DNA of 32,000 bases from Bacillus subtilis subsp. subtilis str. 168. GTDB lineage: Bacteria; Bacillota; Bacilli; Bacillales; Bacillaceae. The position numbers and the translations under genes are program-made. Positions 28,187 through 32,000 of the stretch are shown here, one piece after another. The notes under the pieces are model-generated. The model ran no database searches, was not told the DNA's origin, and saw nothing but the letters and a program-made list of their open reading frames with translations. The stretch spans positions 210,001 through 242,000 of the forward strand of contig NC_000964.3 in the NCBI RefSeq assembly GCF_000009045.1, given 5' to 3'. Position 1 is the stretch's first letter; each line of letters begins with the position of its first letter.

Positions 28187-28563
28187 ATTTTTGTTCTAAT
28201 ACGAAGTCGATCATACCGACTATGCGGGCGTTTTCGGATTTTTGTTTGAAGCGTTCAGAAATTTGAACTTTTCTTGAAAATGGGGAAACAATAAAAACCC
28301 AAAAAAGGCCGATCAAGGCAAAAAACATTTGTACAGCTAATTCTATTAATTCATTAAAACGAGTGCTGAAAAAATAGAAGTATAACGTTATTAATGTCAC
28401 AGTACATACGATTTTGGCAAGTGTGTTTGAATGTAAGCAATGGTTCACTAAAGAATACCTTTAATTGATTCAGCATGATTGAATCATATTTGTTTAGGAA
28501 AATAAGAAGTTCTTTATCATCTTTTTTATGTTCTAAAATAAAGTTGCTGTTTCTGTTTCTTTA
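28164..28563 (-). pseudogene. ybfE: Probable degenerate copy of a YbfF repeat module; includes the ORF annotated ybfE (28164-28448)
   Basis: Minus-strand translation upstream of 28448 in another frame reads RNRNSNFILEHKKDDKELLIFLNKYDSIMLNQLKVFFSEPLLTFKH, matching YbfF, then shifts into the ybfE frame (TLAKIVCTVTLITLYFYFF...). Confidence 0.7.
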
Positions 28564-28643
28564 TATGTATGGTGGTCTACATTCAATATATACATCTCTT
28601 AAAGTATAAAAATTGAGTATTTCTTAGTAAGGATGAAACAAAA

Positions 28644-29555
28644 TTACATGATTTTTTTGTTATATCTTTCAGTTAGAATAAAATCTATAACTCCTCTCAT
28701 TCGCAAATATTCGGCTCTCTGTGCAAAGTGCAGAACAGTATGTAATTGTCCTTTTCTAGATATATTTAAAAGCTTTATCAAATCAATAAGGATTTTCAAG
28801 AAAATAATTAATAATAGAAAGATAAAAATGTGTGGTATGTCAATGTAATTGATTTGTCCTGAAAATAAAGAAGTTGCATAGACAACAATAATACTTCCGC
28901 AAAACATCAAACTCATATAATGTGGAAGGGAAAATGGACGAGTTGAAAAATATGCTTTTAATTGGCTTAGCATAGCATTATCTCTTGTATCTAAGTAGCC
29001 CAAAAGCTCTTTATCATTTTTACTAATTGTAAGAACATGATTCAATACAGCACTAAAATTCATTGAATCTTCATTATCAGAGGCAGTATGTTTATTAGCC
29101 TGTATGTTTTGTTGATCCATTTTATATTTTTTATAAAGTATTGTATTAATTAACTTGTTTTTCTCATAGAATTCAGATCGTTGATTAAGGGATGCTTTTC
29201 CTTTGTTTTTATTTCCTTTTTTTATGATTTTAGTATAAGTCATAAAAATACAAATGACTGTAAAAATAGAAAACACTGCAGGTGAAATATCTGAAAGAAT
29301 AGTATTGGTGAAGACTTCTTTTGCTTGGATGAAAAGGAAAGAAGCTAAAGTCATAGATATAAACATGCATAAAACTGCTACTTTCACAAGAAACTGAAGC
29401 GGAAGAGAAGGTTCCGAATAATAGTGCTTCAACTGGTTGAGTGTCAGAGAATCTTGGCGAAAAAGATAATCTATTATCTCCTGCTGATTTTGCATCTGAT
29501 TGATATCATGAGCGATGTTTTTTGTTTTTTCAAAAACTATTTGATCATTTTTCAT
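28644..29555 (-). CDS. ybfF: Membrane protein with two tandem homologous modules (303 aa)
   Basis: ATG at 29553-29555 with GGAGGT SD; two repeats of [YLxxxDxxxLxQLKxYxS + 2 TM + RxExxxxxxxIxxILxxxYxK]. Confidence 0.85.
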   Translation of the reverse strand: MKNDQIVFEKTKNIAHDINQMQNQQEIIDYLFRQDSLTLNQLKHYYSEPSLPLQFLVKVAVLCMFISMTLASFLFIQAKEVFTNTILSDISPAVFSIFTVICIFMTYTKIIKKGNKNKGKASLNQRSEFYEKNKLINTILYKKYKMDQQNIQANKHTASDNEDSMNFSAVLNHVLTISKNDKELLGYLDTRDNAMLSQLKAYFSTRPFSLPHYMSLMFCGSIIVVYATSLFSGQINYIDIPHIFIFLLLIIFLKILIDLIKLLNISRKGQLHTVLHFAQRAEYLRMRGVIDFILTERYNKKIM

Positions 29556-29592
29556 TTTTGATAAACCTCCAAAAGACGATAGATAAACTAAA

Positions 29593-29634
29593 AAAACTGC
29601 ATGAGCATATTTTAACTTATGTTCATGCAGTTTT
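29593..29634 (-). terminator. Terminator between ybfG and ybfF
   Basis: AAAACTGCATGAGCATA ... TATGTTCATGCAGTTTT. Confidence 0.75.
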
Positions 29635-29643
29635 GTATTAAAG

Positions 29644-31842
29644 TTAGCTAGTATAATAAGCAAAAATGGCCAGTAACATAGCAGATAATGCGGTAGCGAC
29701 TTTGACTCCTTTATTGTTCGTTAAATCACTGCCCATATTCCCAATTAGTAAAAGTGCAGCAACACCTACAACAGGGAATAAATATTGATCATAAGACGGC
29801 CAATCTAACGCTAATTCACTCTCGGGAGACGTAACTGGTACTCCCTTGTACGTCTTTATTTTAAACGTAATCGTAGTCGTTAGTCCAGTTGTGACATTGT
29901 CACCGACTGGAATATCAGGTGTATAGATTTTAATTTGAATGTTTAAAGATTCAGCTGTTGGATTTACATAAACCTCCAAATAACCGTTGCGTACTGATAA
30001 GCTCAGACTATTTAAAAGGTTTTGATAAGAGTCGATTTGTGACGCAGTGAGAGACGTTTGAGTGTCGCCCAATAAACCCGTGATATAGGCACCTGGTTTA
30101 CCATTTGTAATGGTAATTGTGTTTGGTGAACCTTCACTTGGTATGGTTGCCAGAAGTGAAGTTGATAGAATAATATCCAACTCAGGTGATGTGAAAATGG
30201 TTTCTGTCGTATCAAATTCAAACATCGCGTTTGCCAGACTTGTTAGATTTTCTAAAGCTGGAATGGTAGATAAAATGTCTGTCAGTGTACGCAGTCTTGC
30301 ATCATATACCGGATCAGACGGCGGATTTACATTGCTTGCACCTGAGTCTCTTCCTGAATACCCGTCTTTATCAATCCCGATGCTTCCAGAGCCGCTTCCG
30401 ATGGTTCCTTCATAAAATTGATCAAAGGCCCAGTTGTTTGGCATCGGATAGCCGAGATTGCCGCTAAATCCTGTTGACATATTTGCCACAAAACTATACT
30501 TTGTCAGTCCTGCTTCAGATGTACGGATACAAATGTTTCTTGGTCCGTAAACCCCTATTTCATACTTAGGTGCGGTTGAAAATGTCTGCATTTTTGTAAA
30601 TGCTGACTTAATCTCTTGGAAATAAGGAATGATTTTATCGGTCACTTCATAATCGTATGCATCAAAATCGACAGCGAAATAAATGGTCGTGCCTGACGGA
30701 AAACCTAATCTTCTAGCAGCAGAAGCGGCACTATATGCATCTCTTGTGCCTTGGTCTTTGACAAAATAAGAAGATTCATAGCCGCCGTCTTGATAAATTG
30801 GGAAAACCTTCAATCCGGCATCAAGAATAACTGCAAGCTCTTTAGATGTCAGGGCTTTAGATGTGAGGCCGCTGCTTGTCCGCACATTTCCGGTCAAATA
30901 TCTGCCAACCGTTTTATAACCGTTATTCCGCAGTGTTTGAGCTTTTTCTGCGGTTATAATTGTAGCAGTGTCACAAGCAGAAGCGGTGCGAGTTGTGTCT
31001 CCTGAGCTTGATAATAAAGCTTTAATGGTTGGCATATCTGCATAACCTGTTTGCGGCAGGCACATGAACTCTTGAAATGCTTTAACAGCTGAAACAACAC
31101 CCACACCATATTTGCCGTCAAACTCACCAGGATCGAACGATTTTCCGTTACAATAGAGGGCGTACTGAACAATTAAGACAAATCCTGTTCTTGAATCGCC
31201 GGGAGTTAAAGTAGGGCACAAACTTGTGGTGCCGTTTCCGAAAAATCCATTGGCAACACTTGTGCTCATGCCTTCTTCTTTTTGCAGGGCATAAATAAGA
31301 GCTTTATTTGTATCGCGGCCATACAGTCCGTCACAAGGCATTAACCCGATATAGTCATTGTAGTCTCGATTTAAGTTTTGTTGAATCTGGCGAATTCTTG
31401 AATCACCCCCAGACACCAGCTTAAAAGCGCTCATGTCTAATAAGGCTTTCATAATTAACGTGGTGACAATCCCATCCTGTGTTGTCAGTCCGGCAGCTTT
31501 TTGAAATTCTTTTACCGCATTTTCTGTTTTTTCGTAAAAGACGCCTGTAAAACCGCCGGGATTAAAGCCTTTACACCATAAAGCCCCTTGTAAAATAAAA
31601 TTCATGTTGCTTGGTTTTGAATCTGGAGCTTGGCGTTTAAGAGGCTTAAATAAGCGCTGTGTTGTCGGCCCGAAGTTATCGGCTGGCTCTGAGATACCCA
31701 ATTCAATTTGAAGCGCCCGAGTCAGACCGTAGATCGTATCCCACCCAGTTTTCCCGCTTTCTTCAACTGGGTTATACCCATGTTTGCCGCTGTACGTATC
31801 GTTCAGCCATTGCTGTGTGATTAAGACCATTTCATCAACCAT
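29644..31842 (-). CDS. ybfG: Peptidoglycan-binding repeats plus DUF1906 glycoside-hydrolase-like protein with C-terminal hydrophobic segment (732 aa)
   Basis: PG-binding-like repeats (GYNPVEESGKTGWDTIYGLTRALQ..., VKEFQKAAGLTTQDGIVTTLIMKALL...); DUF1906-like domain (TVGRYLTG...GTTIYFAVDFDA...IGVYGPR...WAFDQFYEG); AAAGGAGG SD. Confidence 0.92.
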   Translation of the reverse strand: MVDEMVLITQQWLNDTYSGKHGYNPVEESGKTGWDTIYGLTRALQIELGISEPADNFGPTTQRLFKPLKRQAPDSKPSNMNFILQGALWCKGFNPGGFTGVFYEKTENAVKEFQKAAGLTTQDGIVTTLIMKALLDMSAFKLVSGGDSRIRQIQQNLNRDYNDYIGLMPCDGLYGRDTNKALIYALQKEEGMSTSVANGFFGNGTTSLCPTLTPGDSRTGFVLIVQYALYCNGKSFDPGEFDGKYGVGVVSAVKAFQEFMCLPQTGYADMPTIKALLSSSGDTTRTASACDTATIITAEKAQTLRNNGYKTVGRYLTGNVRTSSGLTSKALTSKELAVILDAGLKVFPIYQDGGYESSYFVKDQGTRDAYSAASAARRLGFPSGTTIYFAVDFDAYDYEVTDKIIPYFQEIKSAFTKMQTFSTAPKYEIGVYGPRNICIRTSEAGLTKYSFVANMSTGFSGNLGYPMPNNWAFDQFYEGTIGSGSGSIGIDKDGYSGRDSGASNVNPPSDPVYDARLRTLTDILSTIPALENLTSLANAMFEFDTTETIFTSPELDIILSTSLLATIPSEGSPNTITITNGKPGAYITGLLGDTQTSLTASQIDSYQNLLNSLSLSVRNGYLEVYVNPTAESLNIQIKIYTPDIPVGDNVTTGLTTTITFKIKTYKGVPVTSPESELALDWPSYDQYLFPVVGVAALLLIGNMGSDLTNNKGVKVATALSAMLLAIFAYYTS

Positions 31843-31916
31843 TTCGATTCCTCCTTTGTTAGATTGCGTTCATTTATAGGTGGCAAACGTAGGACAAAAT
31901 AAAAAAATGGATGCCG

Positions 31917-32000
31917 TTAAGCATCCATTTTACATCCGTTCTCCAACAGCTTCGCTTTCGGTTTCAGCTCTGAAATGTAGAGGCCTAAAAGTGTAAGCGC
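31917..32000 (-). CDS. ybfH: C-terminus of a DMT/EamA-type transporter (partial)
   Basis: Minus-strand frame reads ALTLLGLYISELKPKAKLLENGCKMDA*, a typical hydrophobic end plus tail; consistent with ybfH order. Confidence 0.6.
   Translation of the reverse strand, partial: ALTLLGLYISELKPKAKLLENGCKMDA

Noticed and set aside
28644-29663. 36-aa extension of ybfF
   Set aside because: The extension covers the terminator hairpin at 29593-29634 and the SD; the ATG at 29555 is the credible start.

Overview
This window is a Bacillus subtilis-type chromosomal segment, recognised from its protein sequences and gene order. It runs from the 3' end of a beta-carbonic-anhydrase-like gene (ybcF) to the 3' end of a DMT-type transporter gene (ybfH). 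The main known system is the complete skf cannibalism/sactipeptide operon: skfA precursor, skfB radical SAM, skfC CAAX protease/membrane protein, skfE/skfF ABC exporter, skfG HEAT-repeat protein and skfH thioredoxin-like protein. It is already described, so I do not claim it as new. Other recognisable genes are ybcH/ybcI, ybzH-ybcL (ArsR + MFS), ybdG-ybdJ-ybdK (hydrolase + two-component system), ybdM (Ser/Thr kinase), ybdN/ybdO, ybxG, csgA, ybxH, ybxI (class D beta-lactamase-like), cypC, ybyB, ybeC, glpQ, glpT (GlpP-type leader), ybeF, ybfA (MarR+GNAT fusion)-ybfB (MFS), ybfE, ybfF and ybfG. The less obvious observations are: (1) the ORF at 3155-3469 (ybcM) is a frame-disrupted C-terminal remnant of glmS directly upstream of skf; (2) ybfE appears to be a broken third copy of a membrane module duplicated inside ybfF, with homology continuing upstream in another frame; (3) a near-perfect 28-30 bp inverted repeat brackets a sigma-A promoter at the 5' end of ybfA; (4) the ArsR-type gene ybzH appears to be leaderless, with its promoter embedded in palindromic operator sequence; (5) a 64-aa Ser/Arg-rich protein converges on an orphan Ser/Thr kinase gene. 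I found no convincing wholly undescribed multi-gene system.
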